Part shown: positions 1 to 11,730 of the stretch, in pieces | Layout: the number at the start of each line of letters is the position of its first letter | Numbering within the stretch: the stretch's first letter is position 1 | Source of the DNA: Lama glama | Lineage: Eukaryota | Direction of reading: 5' to 3' | Assembly (NCBI GenBank): GCA_028534125.1 | Contig: CM052816.1 | Location: 101,806,001 to 101,866,000, forward strand | DNA length: 60,000 nucleotides | Made by a program: the position numbers and the translations under genes | The notes under the pieces: generated by a model | Databases searched by the model: none | Seen by the model: only the letters and a program-made list of their open reading frames with translations | Told to the model about the DNA's origin: nothing

Positions 1-59
1 AGCACACAGGGGCCAGAAGATGGTCTGGGGGATGCCCAGCATGTGGGGCAGCACAGAAC

Positions 60-1290
60 AGAGACCAAACATGAGATAAGCATGAATCTAAATAGATTTA
101 AGGAGATAAGAAATATATCAGCAAAAAGAAACAGAAACAAGAAATACTAGAAACCAATTAAGGGGAACTGTTTGAGGTGCGAGCCTAGTAAGTAAGGAGG
201 GAAGAAGGGTGTAGCGGCTGCAGAGCTGGAGGGTCAGTCCTGAGGGCAGCAGGGAAGGGAGGCCTGTGGATGGGAGCGGTCACTCAGCAGTGCTGGGCAA
301 CAGCAGCTCCAGAGGGAGCACCGCTAACGGAGAGGGACAGGGTTTGATGCAACAATGGAAAGAAGTGTCCAGATTAAAGAAGAAACACTTCAGATGGAAA
401 GGACTCGGGAGCACCAAGCAGGCAAAACAAGACGGGAGACACATTGTGGTGAAATTCAAGAACACCAAGGCCAAAGGCGGACTCACACAGCTCAGAGAGG
501 GGGTCAGCGCAGCCGCTGCAGTGGGCGTCGGGCCCCACCAGCAGCACAGGCACTGCAGACGATGGAGAAGCACTTTTGAAGGCCAAAGAAAAACCTTTGA
601 ACTTACAATTCCATATTCAGCCAAACTGTCATCCAGCTGTGAGGGCATAACGTTCTCAAGCACGTGGGGAGACCCAGGAAGATTTCACACTGAGACTCAC
701 AATGAAAACGCCCCGGGGAGGCCTCAAAATGAGAAACACACCTAGGGCCTGCTAGGAGGGGCCCCACAGCCTGGTCAGCTCCCGGAGGGTCCCCAAAAGT
801 TAGGAACACAGGCAAGATCTGCATCGTCCAGGATTCAACTTCTGGACAAAGCCGCTGCATCTGTGCAGGGGAACCAGAGGGCTGAGCCGATGACAGCCCT
901 GCCGGAGAGACGCCAGCCCAGCTAGACCAGGAGGTGGAAGGGAAACCCGCCTGGAAAGGCCTTTCTGAAGGCTTCCCCGTGAGAACAAAATCAGAATGTG
1001 GGGCTTTTAAACCCGCAGGAGAAAGCTCGGTCTGCCGAATGGGGAGCTAGACAGAAGAGAAAGAAACCAAGGAAAGTGGAGGAATAGAAAACACAAAACA
1101 TGAGAGCAGAAATAGCCTCCGTAAGCGTGATCACAGGAAACGTGAACAGGCTAAACTTGCACGTCTGCAAGAGGGACACGGAGCGAGAAAGGGGCCTGTA
1201 CCCGAGGGGGTGGAGAGTCCACCAGTGTGAGGAGCGCCAAAGTGCAGGGCTTCGCGTCTGGTAAGATGGCCTTTAGCGGACAGGGTTAGA
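60..1290 (+). mobile_element. Ancient degenerate L1 fragment (ORF1 into start of ORF2)
   Basis: ORF 266..745 carries ORF1p-like motifs (HIVVKF; TIPYSAKLS..CEG..TFS). A-rich plus strand. ORF2-start-like text near 1110-1160. Confidence 0.55.
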
Positions 1291-1839
1291 GCCGTGCACA
1301 GGATGTGAGAGCCGCACGGACCTCGAGTCCCCGGTGGCTTCCAGCCCTGTGTGCGCTGCCTGGAGCCCGGCACTGGGAGCTGCTCTGATCTCGACCTCGG
1401 CCAGGGCGCCGCTCTGCCTGCACACCAGCTGCGCGGTCCTGCTGCTCCGCGCACGCCTGTGGACTCGCTGACCCTTCTCAGCTGGGCATGCATGTGTTTC
1501 GAACACCTCGCTGCCCTCAGCGACCGTGGGCCCAGGACTCAGCCACACAGTCACTGACCGACCCCAGTGTCCCTGGGGAACGCGCCTCGTCCAGCAGCGT
1601 CTCATCCACCCACTTCTTCTTCCACTTGCTCCCAGTAGGGCCTTGGGCCTCAAGCCCCGCCTGCCACTCGGTCAGGGCCCTGGTTCTGGGTGGGGAGAGG
1701 ACCCTCCTGAATCCACGTGGGGAAGTGGACCTGGTCATGCCGAGGGGTCTGGGGCGCATGTGGACCCAGGATGGAGGTGCTCCCTCAATGTTGTGCAGGC
1801 ACCTCCTGGTGGCCGTCCAGGCTCCGTGGTCTCGCCTGC

Positions 1840-2350
1840 CCTTAGGGTGTAGAATTTCAGAAGCAAACACCTGGTCCTTGTCCTTCTCATCCTTTGTGCT
1901 GGTCACCTGATGGGGCTCTTGGGCCGGAAACTCAGTCCTGGGTTCTGGGAAACCTTCCGGGCTGCTTCCTGAATGATTTCCTCCCCTCTGACCTCCCTGG
2001 AGCTCTGATCACGCAGGCCCTCTGGGGTCTGGCAGCCTTCCTGACTTTCCTCTGTTATTTGCCGCCTGTTTGTCACTTACTCGTGGTGATACTTTAACTC
2101 TGGACCACTCTTGGATTTCCAAGCTTTGCTTTCATGCTTCTGTGAGCTCTTTTCAACCTCTGAGTTGTCCCTTTCATAGCAGCCCATTTCCCCAGTGTCC
2201 CCTCGCCCCGTCCCAAGGAGCCTGTCCGTCTGGCTGTCTCCCCTCCGCACGTCTGTCCCTCCAGGTTGATGTTCCTCCTGGACCGTGTGTTTTGCTCAGC
2301 AGCCTCTTTCCTGGAGGGTCCACGGTGCCCGTGTGCACGAGGTTTGAGGA
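1840..2350 (-). mobile_element. Ancient L1 fragment, antisense
   Basis: Pyrimidine-rich text resembling antisense L1M ORF1 (ttctgggaaacctt...tgaatgatttcctcccctct). Heavily diverged. Confidence 0.4.
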
Positions 2351-2429
2351 GCAGGTGCAGGACGGCTGGCAGGAGGCCCCGTCACCACCGGCCTGGGTGC
2401 TGTGAGTTCTGCAGGGAAGCCTGACGTCA

Positions 2430-2539
2430 GAGCCTTCAGGCCCACTTGCAAAGCCCTTTTTCCAAGTAAAGTAACATACTCACAGGCTCCAGGAATTCGG
2501 GCAGGAACACTTTGGGGAACCAGTGTTCTGCCTACCACA
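2430..2539 (-). mobile_element. MLT1 (MaLR) LTR 5' fragment
   Basis: Reverse complement begins TGTGGTAGGCAGAA and includes cctggagcctgtgagtatgttacttt, typical of MLT1 LTR 5' ends. Confidence 0.65.
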
Positions 2540-2559
2540 TCACCCCAAATCATCACATA

Positions 2560-5500
2560 TACTAAGAACCAGAATGAGAGAGTACCACTCAAGGGAGAAG
2601 ACGTGAGACAGACGCCACTTCTGAACTGAAAATGGTGGAATGACCACGTCAGGGATTTAACACAGCTGCCATGACTTTCCTCCCCGAGGAAGAGCAACGC
2701 AGGCCACGGGTCTCAGAAGAGAAGCAGATACTATTAGAAAAGAACCACATGAGAATTTTAGAACTGAGAAATCAAATACGTGACGTGGAAACTCCACTGG
2801 GTGGGCTTAAGAGCAGAATGGCGCTGACAGAGAAAAGGGTCAGTAAGGACAGAGCAATGGAAGGCGTCCAACCTGAGAGAGAAAACACTGGGAAGGTGAA
2901 CACAGCCTCAAGGTCTCACACCTGTGCCAGCGCAGTTTCTGAAATGGAAGAGAAAGACACGGGGCGGTAAAAAATGTGTGAAGAATATGGCCGAAAACCT
3001 TCTGAGTTTGATGAAAGACACAAACACATAGATTCAAAAAGCCCGTGAGCCCTAAACAGGACGATCTAATAAACACAAACACAGTCGCGTCGGACTCGAG
3101 CATTGAAAGCCGTGGGTGCACCGAGCTGGAGCAGTGATGGATATTGCCAACGCCAGAAGGGGCAGAAAACACGAGAAAGGGAAACAAGAAGCAGGAAAAT
3201 TATACAATGGTGGGCTTAAATCCAGCAATATCAATGACCTCCCTAATGTAAACGGCCTCTAGAAGGGGCACTGTCAGACTGGACTTAAAAAGTGAACAAC
3301 AAAGAAAAGGTCCAAAGACATACTGCCAACAGAAGACACAGTTTAAACCTAACTATACAAATGGATTAAAACAATGAGATGAAGCAGGATACGCCAAACA
3401 AACATTCACTGAAAAGAGCTGGGGTGACCGTGTTAGTGTCAAACAAAGTAAACTTCAAGGCAAGGAAAGTAACCGGGGATGAAGAGGCGTCTTGCACTCG
3501 GACGGGACAGAAGGGTCAGTTCCCAAGGAAAACGCAGTTAACTCCAGGTACGTCTGCCCCCTACAGCAGAACCCGAAGTACACAGAGCGAAGACTGACAG
3601 AGCTGAAAAGAGAAATCCCAGATCCACGATTTTACTAGGCGACATCAACACTTGTGTTTCAAGTTGAGACCAGACAGAAAAGCAACAAGGATACAAAAAA
3701 GCCACCATCATCAACCAGCTTGACAGAACTGACGTTTGGAAGAACACCTCCCCCACAGACAGCACTGCGGGCAGGGCCGCCTCCCGGCCGCGCCCACCGT
3801 GCCCGCCGCGCCCACCGGCAGAAGGGGCTGGGGGCTCTCAGGGGCCTCCTTCACGACAGCACTGGGCCCACTCAGAGGGGCTCATGACATCACCACCTCC
3901 CATGGACCCACCACCAGACGCCATCCCAGAGGGGGTTGGGTCCCCAGTCTAGCATGAAGTTGACTGTATTGTATTAGCTGGGGGGCTCGAATACAAGCAT
4001 TCAGTCCATAGTAACAATCAATGAAACCAGCAGCTGTGTCTGAGAAAAATCAATAAAACGAGTAAAACTCTGGCCCAATGGACTAAGAAAAAATAAGAGA
4101 CAACGCAGATCACCAATGAAATGAAAAAGGAGACGTGACTACAGAACCCACAGTCATTAAAAGGGCAACATGGGAAAAACCTGAACTGTACCCATAAAAG
4201 CAATGACGTAGATAAAACGGACCAACTGCTTGAAAGACACAGACTACTAAAATTCACACTAGAATAGGTAACCTGAATAGTCCTTTATCAATCAAAGAAA
4301 CTAGATTCATACTTTAACCTTCTAACAAAGAAGACTCTCAGACCAGCTGTTTCTGCCTGGGAATTGTAGCAAGCGTTTCAGGAGGCGGTAACAGCAATTC
4401 GACACAATCTGCTTCAGAAAACGCGAGAGATGGGAACACTCTCAACCGATTCCACGAAGCCTCCATCAGCGAGATACCACAACCTAACAGAGACGTTGCA
4501 AGAAAACTACAGAAATATTTCTCATCAACAAAAACACAAGCCCCCACACAGTATTACCAAATTGAGTCCAGCAGTATATGAAGACGATCGATCTGTCCTG
4601 AGCATGTCAATCAATGCAGTTCACAATATTAACAGACTCAGGAAGAGAAATCACATCTCAACAGAAGAAGAAAAAGCATCTGATGAAACTGATGAAACAG
4701 ATAAAACGGGGGGGGGGCAGGGGTCCACTCATAGTAAGAACTCTCGGAAAACAAGGAATAGAGGGAAATTTCTTAATCTGATGTAAGGCATCTATAAAAA
4801 GCAAAGCAAAGCAAAGATCAAAGGTTTCTCCCCACGCTGAGGAAAAGGCAGGCTTGTCCCCTCACCTCTTCTGCCCTACCTGGTCCCAGAAGTCCTGGAA
4901 GTGCAGTAAGGCAGGAAAAACAAAGCGTGTAGTTTGAGAAAGAAGAGAACAACGGTCTCTCTTCTCAGAAAACATGATGATGTAAAAATTCCCAGAGTCC
5001 ACAACAACAAAGAGCTGCTAATGAATTCAACAGGGTCGCAGACACAAAGTCAACCTAGAAAAATAAAGTGTGTTTCTATACACTGCTGAGGAAAACTGAG
5101 GTTAAACAACAGCTCATTTATAATAGCAACACACATGTAAAATGCTCAAATGTAAATCTAGCAAATACGCTGAAAACACAAAACGCTGAAGACAGTAGTC
5201 ATAACAGACCTAAATTAATGGGGAGGTACTGCGTTCATAAATTGGGGGGGTGGTGGTGTCAGGCTGTCAATTCTCCCCAGTCAAGTCCCAGTGAAATTTC
5301 TGCAGATATCAACAAATTAACTCTACAATGTATATGGAAAGACAGAGAAACTAGAATAGCCAAAACAATTCTGAAAAAGAACGACAGTCACAAAGAAGTG
5401 AAGAGCCGCAGCGCCTGACTTCCGGACTTACGACGGAGCTGTAGTAACCGGGCAAGCACAGCGCTTACTTGCCAGAGGCCAGACACACAGCCAACAGGAC

Positions 5501-6480
5501 AGGACAGAGTCCAGAGACAGACACAGCAAGATGGCCAACTGACTTTTCACAAAGGTGTGAAGGCAGTTCAATGGAGAAAGGACCACCTTTTGAATAAACG
5601 GCTCTGAAACAACCGGACACTCACGTGCAGATACAGTCAGTCTTGACCTGCGCCCCACCTCGTACCACAGTTAACCAACCAGGATTACAGGCCTGAATGT
5701 GAAACTCACTGTAAAGGTATGAAGTGTTGGGCACAAGCATCAAAGAATAACCTCTGTCACCTCAGGTCAGATAAAGAGTTCTTAGATATGACACCAAAAT
5801 CATGATCTATGAAAAACACCGATAGACTGGACTCCGTCAAAGTTAGATTCCTTCACTCTCCGCAAGGCCCCGTCAAGGCAGTGAGGAGGCTGGCCAGGCT
5901 GGGGACACAGACTCACCGACCCTGCGCACAGGGACGCGCTCCTAGGACGCTCACAGGGCCTCTGAGCACAACAGCAAGAGGGCAGACAGCTCACAAGGAG
6001 GGTCCGTCGCAGCAAGTGAACACACACCGACACCCTGCGTCACTAGTGAGGAGGCAAACGCAGGTGAAACTGTAGTGAGGGTCCTGTCTGCCCCTATGGA
6101 AAAGGCTTCGTAACACTGGCGGGGCCGCAAGCACACGGCCACTTTGGAAGGCAGATTTCTTACGAAGTCAGACACACACAGGTATTATCCACACAAAAGG
6201 AAAACTTATGCTCAGAGAAAACCTGTGTGTGAGTGTTCAGCACAGCTTGATTCACAAACAGTGCATCCTGGAAACAACCCCCACATCCCCAGCGGCTGTG
6301 TGGGCAGGCGCCAGACCCTCAGGAGAGGAAGATGGAGCTCGGAGCCAGGGTGGGCAGGCGTCTGTCAGCAAACGGACAGCAGGGTGGAGATGTGGGGCTG
6401 GAGGGATTGCTCAGGGGTGGCCACCACACTGCCAAGAAGAACGCGTTTTAGTGTGCATAAATTTGAAAATACAAGTTAGA
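2560..6480 (+). mobile_element. Long degenerate old L1 (L1M-type): ORF1, ORF2 and 3' remnants
   Basis: Collinear remnants: ORF1-like KNHMRILELRNQI..LGGLKSRM (2671..), endonuclease-like KRAGVTVLVSNKVNFK (3379..), RT-region SMSINAVHNINRL (4430..), C-terminal INKLTLQCIWK..RIAKTILKK (5068..). Many stops and frameshifts. Confidence 0.8.
3840..4015 (-). mobile_element. MLT1/MST-like LTR fragment nested in the L1
   Basis: Reverse complement starts tgttactatggactgaatgcttg..cccccca, like MaLR LTR 5' ends. Interrupts L1 ORF2 text. Confidence 0.5.
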
Positions 6481-8500
6481 AAATGTCCGGAGCAGCATGG
6501 GACACCTGAACTCTAGCGAGGGTCACGTGGTCAGAGCGTCTTCTGGCTGGACAGGTCCGAGCTCAGCGCTCCTGCAGGCACCTCGCTGCACCTGCGTAAA
6601 CGTGACGGCCTTGCAGCCCAGCTTGGACGGGGTTTGAAGCCCAGGGCCTGCTCTGATTGCACAGCCAAGGTCAGTGCGCCCAGGACCACGCCTCCCTTCC
6701 CCCTCCCCCCACCTCCCCGCCTCCTCCGTCCTGTACCCAGTGCCGCACCAAGATGCTCCCTGGCTGGCAGCTCTGTGGGCGTCCTGGCTTCCCTGAGGCC
6801 CGGAGCTTCTAACATGGACCCAGAAACGTGGGGTCCAGCCCAAGCCCTAACGGGGACCCTCGACAAGCCCCCAATGGCCCCAAACCTAGGCCTCTCCACC
6901 TTAAAATCACAGGTGATTTTAAGAGTCTGCACCAGCCCTGAGTCTCCTGTGAATCGATGACAGTTTGTCTTCAAGAGATTGAAGCTTGGAGACAAGAGCT
7001 GAGAGTTTCTTCTTATTGTTGCCGGATTTGCTTATTTTGCTTTGTTTGGGAATATTTTTAAACTTCAAAAATAGACTCTAATCCCAAAATGTGAGAATCT
7101 CCGCTCCGGCGATGCTCTGGAAAGCGCTCGTCAAGTAACCTGCCCCGATTCCAATCAACGGGAATCTTCAGAAATTTCCTGTTGGGCACAGAGGCAACCA
7201 CGACGGAAACTGCTGGACCTCATTCTCCAAAATGGAGCTGGGGGTGCACCACTCTGGCCTGGCCGGGGAGCCGGGCACCAGGGCAGCCACAGTGCCCAGA
7301 GCAGAGGGGCAGTGGCCCCTGACCCCTCAGCCTCGGGACCTCGTTCTCAGAAAGTCCACCCGGAGGGCAGCTCCCAGAACCTCTGCATGCCAGGATGGAC
7401 GCACCGGTTCCCCTCCCTTCTGGGCCCTGAGGGAGCTGGCAGGGACAAGAGAGTCAGGCCTGGCTTCAGCCTCAGCCGGACCGCAGGGCCGTCTGCGTCC
7501 AGAGGCCCCAGGGAAAACTTGATCATCCAGGCTTTAAGGCTTGGTTGAGAGCAGAAACACCTGAAGGCTTCTCCATGGAGGCAGGACCACCGCGTTCTGC
7601 GCCCACTGGAGGGGCCGGAAGAGGTGGCCTGGGCGGTGGCCCCGGTGCAGAGGTGAGCACGGCACCCCGAGCTCAGCTACGTGCACACGCTTCTGTATTT
7701 ATAGCTCAGAACAAAAGTTTTAAAAAGATTTTATGGGTTAGATGTTATTTTAATTTTGAACATGAATAAAAAAGAGCAAACAACGCCAGTTATCTTTATC
7801 TTTTGCCAAGAACACAATTCAAACTGGCACGACGTGTTTCAGCTCCAGGTTTACCAGCACTGACAGAAAAGAGCAGTTTCAGAGGAAACTTTACAGTATT
7901 TAAGATTGGATTCCTAAAACCCGACGAGTAATGGGTGTCAGACGTTTCCTCCACTGAAAGCAGAACATCCCCATGCTCACTTCGCTCAGACCCAGCTCTG
8001 CGCAGACCGGCTCCGAGGCAGCTACTACCCTGGGGGCTCGCGCTCAGCACCAACCAGCCACCTGCGAGAACGCCCTCCTCACAGAAAGGAAGTGGCCTCA
8101 AGCTCACTGACCCTCAGAGCACATCCAGACCCCCCAGCTGGGGCTGCGAGTTGGGGGGCCGCGGGGCCGGTGGGTGACAGGGCTGGACACGTGCGAGAGC
8201 AGAGGGCAGTGCCCACACGATGAGCAGGGGCAGCGTGAGGGGGACACCAGGGCCCTGATCCTGGGCGACGGGATCTGAGAAGATATGGACAGAACAAAGA
8301 CCTAGGGACGGGGACCAGGAGGACCAGTCGGCCAAAGCCTGGCCACTGGTCCCGGCCATCCTAAAAGCTCATCAGGTTTTTAGGGTTACTCCACCCTCGC
8401 CTCCTTGTAAACAGCTGAAACTTCTAACAAGTTGAAGTGCCGTGGGGAGAGGGTGCCAACCTCAGGGCTTGGCTGAGATGGGACAGGAAAAGTGTCTTAC

Positions 8501-8603
8501 AGGGAGGGTGCCTGCTTAGCATGCACACGGTCCTGGGTTCAATCCTCAGTACCTCGTTAAATAAATAAATAAACCTAATTACTGCCCCCACAAAATTAAA
8601 AAA
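8501..8603 (+). mobile_element. tRNA-derived SINE of camelid type, A-box region deleted
   Basis: gggagggtg...tgcttagcatgcac..gtcctgggttcaatcctcagtacctc..taaataaataaataaacctaattac.gccccc plus A tail. Pol III B box GGTTCAATCC at 8536-8545. TSD gaaaag(g)tgtctt at 8487-8498 and 8604-8616. Family assignment from recalled consensus. Confidence 0.8.
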
Positions 8604-8862
8604 GAAAAGGTGTCTTGCTGGCTCCCTGCCCCTGCCCTTCCCCGCTGCAGGTGGGAGAACCAGAAAATGCAGGCTGGAAAACGATTTTCAGATCTGAAGA
8701 CCTAGGCTGCCAGCTCACCGGCTTGCACTGCCCCCAGAGCGCCACCATCCCACCCTTCCCAGAGCCTTAACTTCCACGTGGTTGTAAAAGGTCACATCTG
8801 GGGACCCAGGGCAGACGCCTGCACACCGGGCGCTGGTGTGATCTGAGGGGGAAGGGGCTCAC

Positions 8863-8969
8863 CTCCAGCAGCAGCCTTCCCTCCGGCACGGCGGACCCTC
8901 CACACAGACCTCTGTCTCCTGGTGGGGGGGCACTGGCAGCCGGCTGCTGTGGGCGCCGCTCCTGCAGGG
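8863..8969 (-). CDS. AHRR: AHRR exon 4, 107 bp: (A)LQERRPQQPAASAPPPGDRGLCGGSAVPEGRLLLE, linker leading into PAS-A
   Basis: ctctctcctcccacag|CC CTG CAG GAG ... CTG CTG CTG GAG|gtgagc. Phase 1 matches exon 3. Ends in EGRLLLE, as AHRR does just before PAS-A. Found by hand; not in the ORF track. Later exons lie left of the window. Confidence 0.93.
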
Positions 8970-11028
8970 CTGTGGGAGGAGAGAGCAGTTACTTACAGCC
9001 TTCCCGGGCCTGGCCACATTTCCTCTGTTTCCCCAACTTCCACTCCACAGCTCTCTGCTGCCACCCTCTGCAGGTCAGACAGGCGGACATCGTCCTCATC
9101 CCAGCCCCTGGCACCTGGCAGGGGGCCCCCAAGTCCACGCTCAGCATCCTCCTGGACACTGGAATTACAGGGTCCCCCAGGCTGCTGAGGGGACAGGCAG
9201 GTAAAGGGGGTCCCAGCCAGCAGCGGGCCTGGTGCTGGTGGCTCCATGGAGGCTGGGTGGGACGTGCCTCTGTTTCCCCTCATTTTGGGGGCTTGTAGAT
9301 GGAAGCTCCGAGGGCATCAGTGCCACCAAGGGCCCTGCAGACCGTCACTCGCCTCCTTCTGGTCTTGGGATAAAACATAAAGAAGCGTGAAGCTCCGCAG
9401 TGTTTCTCCTTCGAGACCACCAAGTTGTGCTGGGCTCTTCCTCGGGGGCGTGCTGGGCCGTTCCGGCTCCCACACATCATCGACTGTCGGGGAGGCCTCG
9501 GGGCTCCGCTGCCCCGGCCAGCTCCCCACGGCTGCGCCCTTGGCTGATGGGCAGCACCAGCTCCCCCAAGAGCCGGTCAGAGGCGCAGGGCCCCAAGCCC
9601 CAGGCCAGCAGGCCCCCGATGAGCTCTCTGGGTTGAGATGCTTGGTCTAACCCTCCTCAACCCTCAAGTGGGCCGGACCACGGCAGATGGAGCCCCCGAT
9701 GCACACGCACGCGCGCGAGCACACACATGTACGTGTACACACACCCCAGCAGAGGCCAAGCCGGCCCTTCGTATACGCCCCTGCTGCCAGGCGCGGGTGT
9801 CCACAGGGACAACGGCCTCCATGCAGAGCCTCCGGGACGGTGGCCCTCGGGGCCCTGCTGTGGCCTTTGGTCTCCCCCGGCCTCTCCATCCTCCCCTCTC
9901 TCAGAAGCTTACCCCATCCCCTCCTCTCCCGCAGGACTTCTGTTCACTGCATGAAAGGCGGCAAGAAAAGAACGCATTTCCTCGCCAGAAAGCAGGTGTA
10001 TCCCGGGAAACAGTCCCGTCATGCCTGGGTCACCAGGCAGAGATGCAGACGCCCAGGACTCCCTTCCAAACTGAGACTCGTCAGCCACCAGGTCCCCCGA
10101 GAGGGCACTGGTTTTCAAGGCAGTGAAACAGCTCTGAGCGAGAAGCCAGAGGCCTTAACGTTTAATCCGTTTTGTGCTCCACTCCACTCAGAAAGGCTTG
10201 AGACGCCAAACGCACGCAGCCCTGCTTCCTGGAGCACAGAGGCCTCACGCAGACCCAAGAGGAGCTGGCGCTGAGCGGTGCCACGTCCCCGAGGGAACCT
10301 TCTGGTCCAGAGGCTCACGCAGACCCCACGCTCTCAGAGGCCGAGAAAGATAAAGGAGGGAAAACTCGGACTAGCGCAGGCCGGGGTCCCCCTGACTGCC
10401 GCCCCCCCCGTGACGTCACAAGGCCAGGGCCAGCCTCCCAGCTCCCCAGAGGATCCAGCCCTGCTGACCACCCAGAGGCCACGTCTTCCAGGTGGGTGGG
10501 GCAGAGCCTGGAGCAGGTCTGGAAGAGTCTGGAGCCAGGAGAGGAACTGGGGCCCGGACCCCCATCTCAGTGCACCCAGTCGCCCCCTACAGCCCAGACC
10601 ACCAAGGCCTCCCTCATAGCAAATTCACTGCAGGGACCACCCCTCCACACCGACCCAGCTCAGGCCAGCCCCCTACCCCAACTTGCAGGCTGAATTGAGG
10701 GGAAGGGGAGTTTGGGGTTGGGCTGTCCCTGCCCTCCTCTCTCTCACCCCTGCAGACCTGCCTGGGGGATGCTGCCACCCACAGATGGAAAGCTGGGGGG
10801 ATCCCCAGATGTGGTTTACTGACCCCTGCTGGGACCCTGCCCCCCACTTGGAGAGGCACAGAGCCACAGTGCTCCCAGACTCACAGGGGCCAATGCCCAC
10901 ACAGGACATGGGGCAGCCTGGGTGGGGGGTGGGGAGCACTCCCTGGAGGCAGGAACCGGGGTCCCCTTCTAACCTCCCTCCCCCTCCCCCTGCATGGCTC
11001 TCTGCACTGGGGAGCCAGCCCCCCAGCA

Positions 11029-11180
11029 TCGCGTGCACCCTGGCCAGGCACCCCCACTTCCCTCCTCCGCAGCCACATTCCGCAGGGCACGCCCGGCAGG
11101 GCCTCCTCGGGCTCCTGTCACGCGATGGGGCGTCAGCACAGCAGTGACAGCAGCCTGGACCCCGGCCAGGGCCTCGCGTG
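11029..11180. promoter_or_regulatory. Cluster of xenobiotic response elements in AHRR intron 3 (candidate AHR/ARNT enhancer)
   Basis: TCGCGTG at 11029-11035 (+), 11119-11125 (-) and 11174-11180 (+), plus a CACGC core at 11088-11092, in a locally CpG-rich patch. Confidence 0.7.
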
Positions 11181-11469
11181 CGAGCAGGGCCGCCAGCGCG
11201 CCCCACCCCCAGGCCTGTGGTGAGACAAGAAGAAACCGAATGTGATTCGGAGGCTGTCCTGCAGGCCCAGCCAGGGATGGGGGCAGCCTTCCCGAAAACC
11301 CATCTGAGTGACAGCCCTGCCCCACCTCCTTCCAGGTCGCCCAGTTCAGGGGTGCAAGGAAGTTGGCACAAGGCAACAACTCCAGTGGGGGTGGGGGTCA
11401 CAGCCAGGGCTCATGGGCTGGGGGGTGTCAGTCCTCTCACAGGTGGACTGTGGCAATGGCACAGAATGG

Positions 11470-11730
11470 AGGTAGGGGGAGCAGCCTGGATTAGGGGGGA
11501 CAGCCAGGCAGAAGGGGGAGGAGCAGCAGGGAGGGTGAGCAGAGCAGTGGGGGGAGGGGGACAGCCCAGTGTTGGGGGAGCAGCGCTGGCAGGGTGGGAG
11601 CAGCCCAGTGGAGGGGGAGCAGTGGGGTGGGAGCAGCTCAGCTGGGGGAGCAGGAGGGTGTGGGAAACACCCAGTGGGGAGGCAGCTGGAGGGGAACAGC
11701 CCCAGGGATGGGGGAAGCAGCCTGCTGCTC
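11470..11730 (+). repeat. Imperfect G-rich tandem repeat, core GGG(G)GAGCAGC
   Basis: About a dozen variants of ggggagcagc / ggggacagc / gggaacagc with variable spacers; strong G skew on plus. Confidence 0.65.

Noticed and set aside
8501..8560. tRNA gene (B box present)
   Set aside because: No A box or complete cloverleaf; tail and TSD identify it as a SINE.
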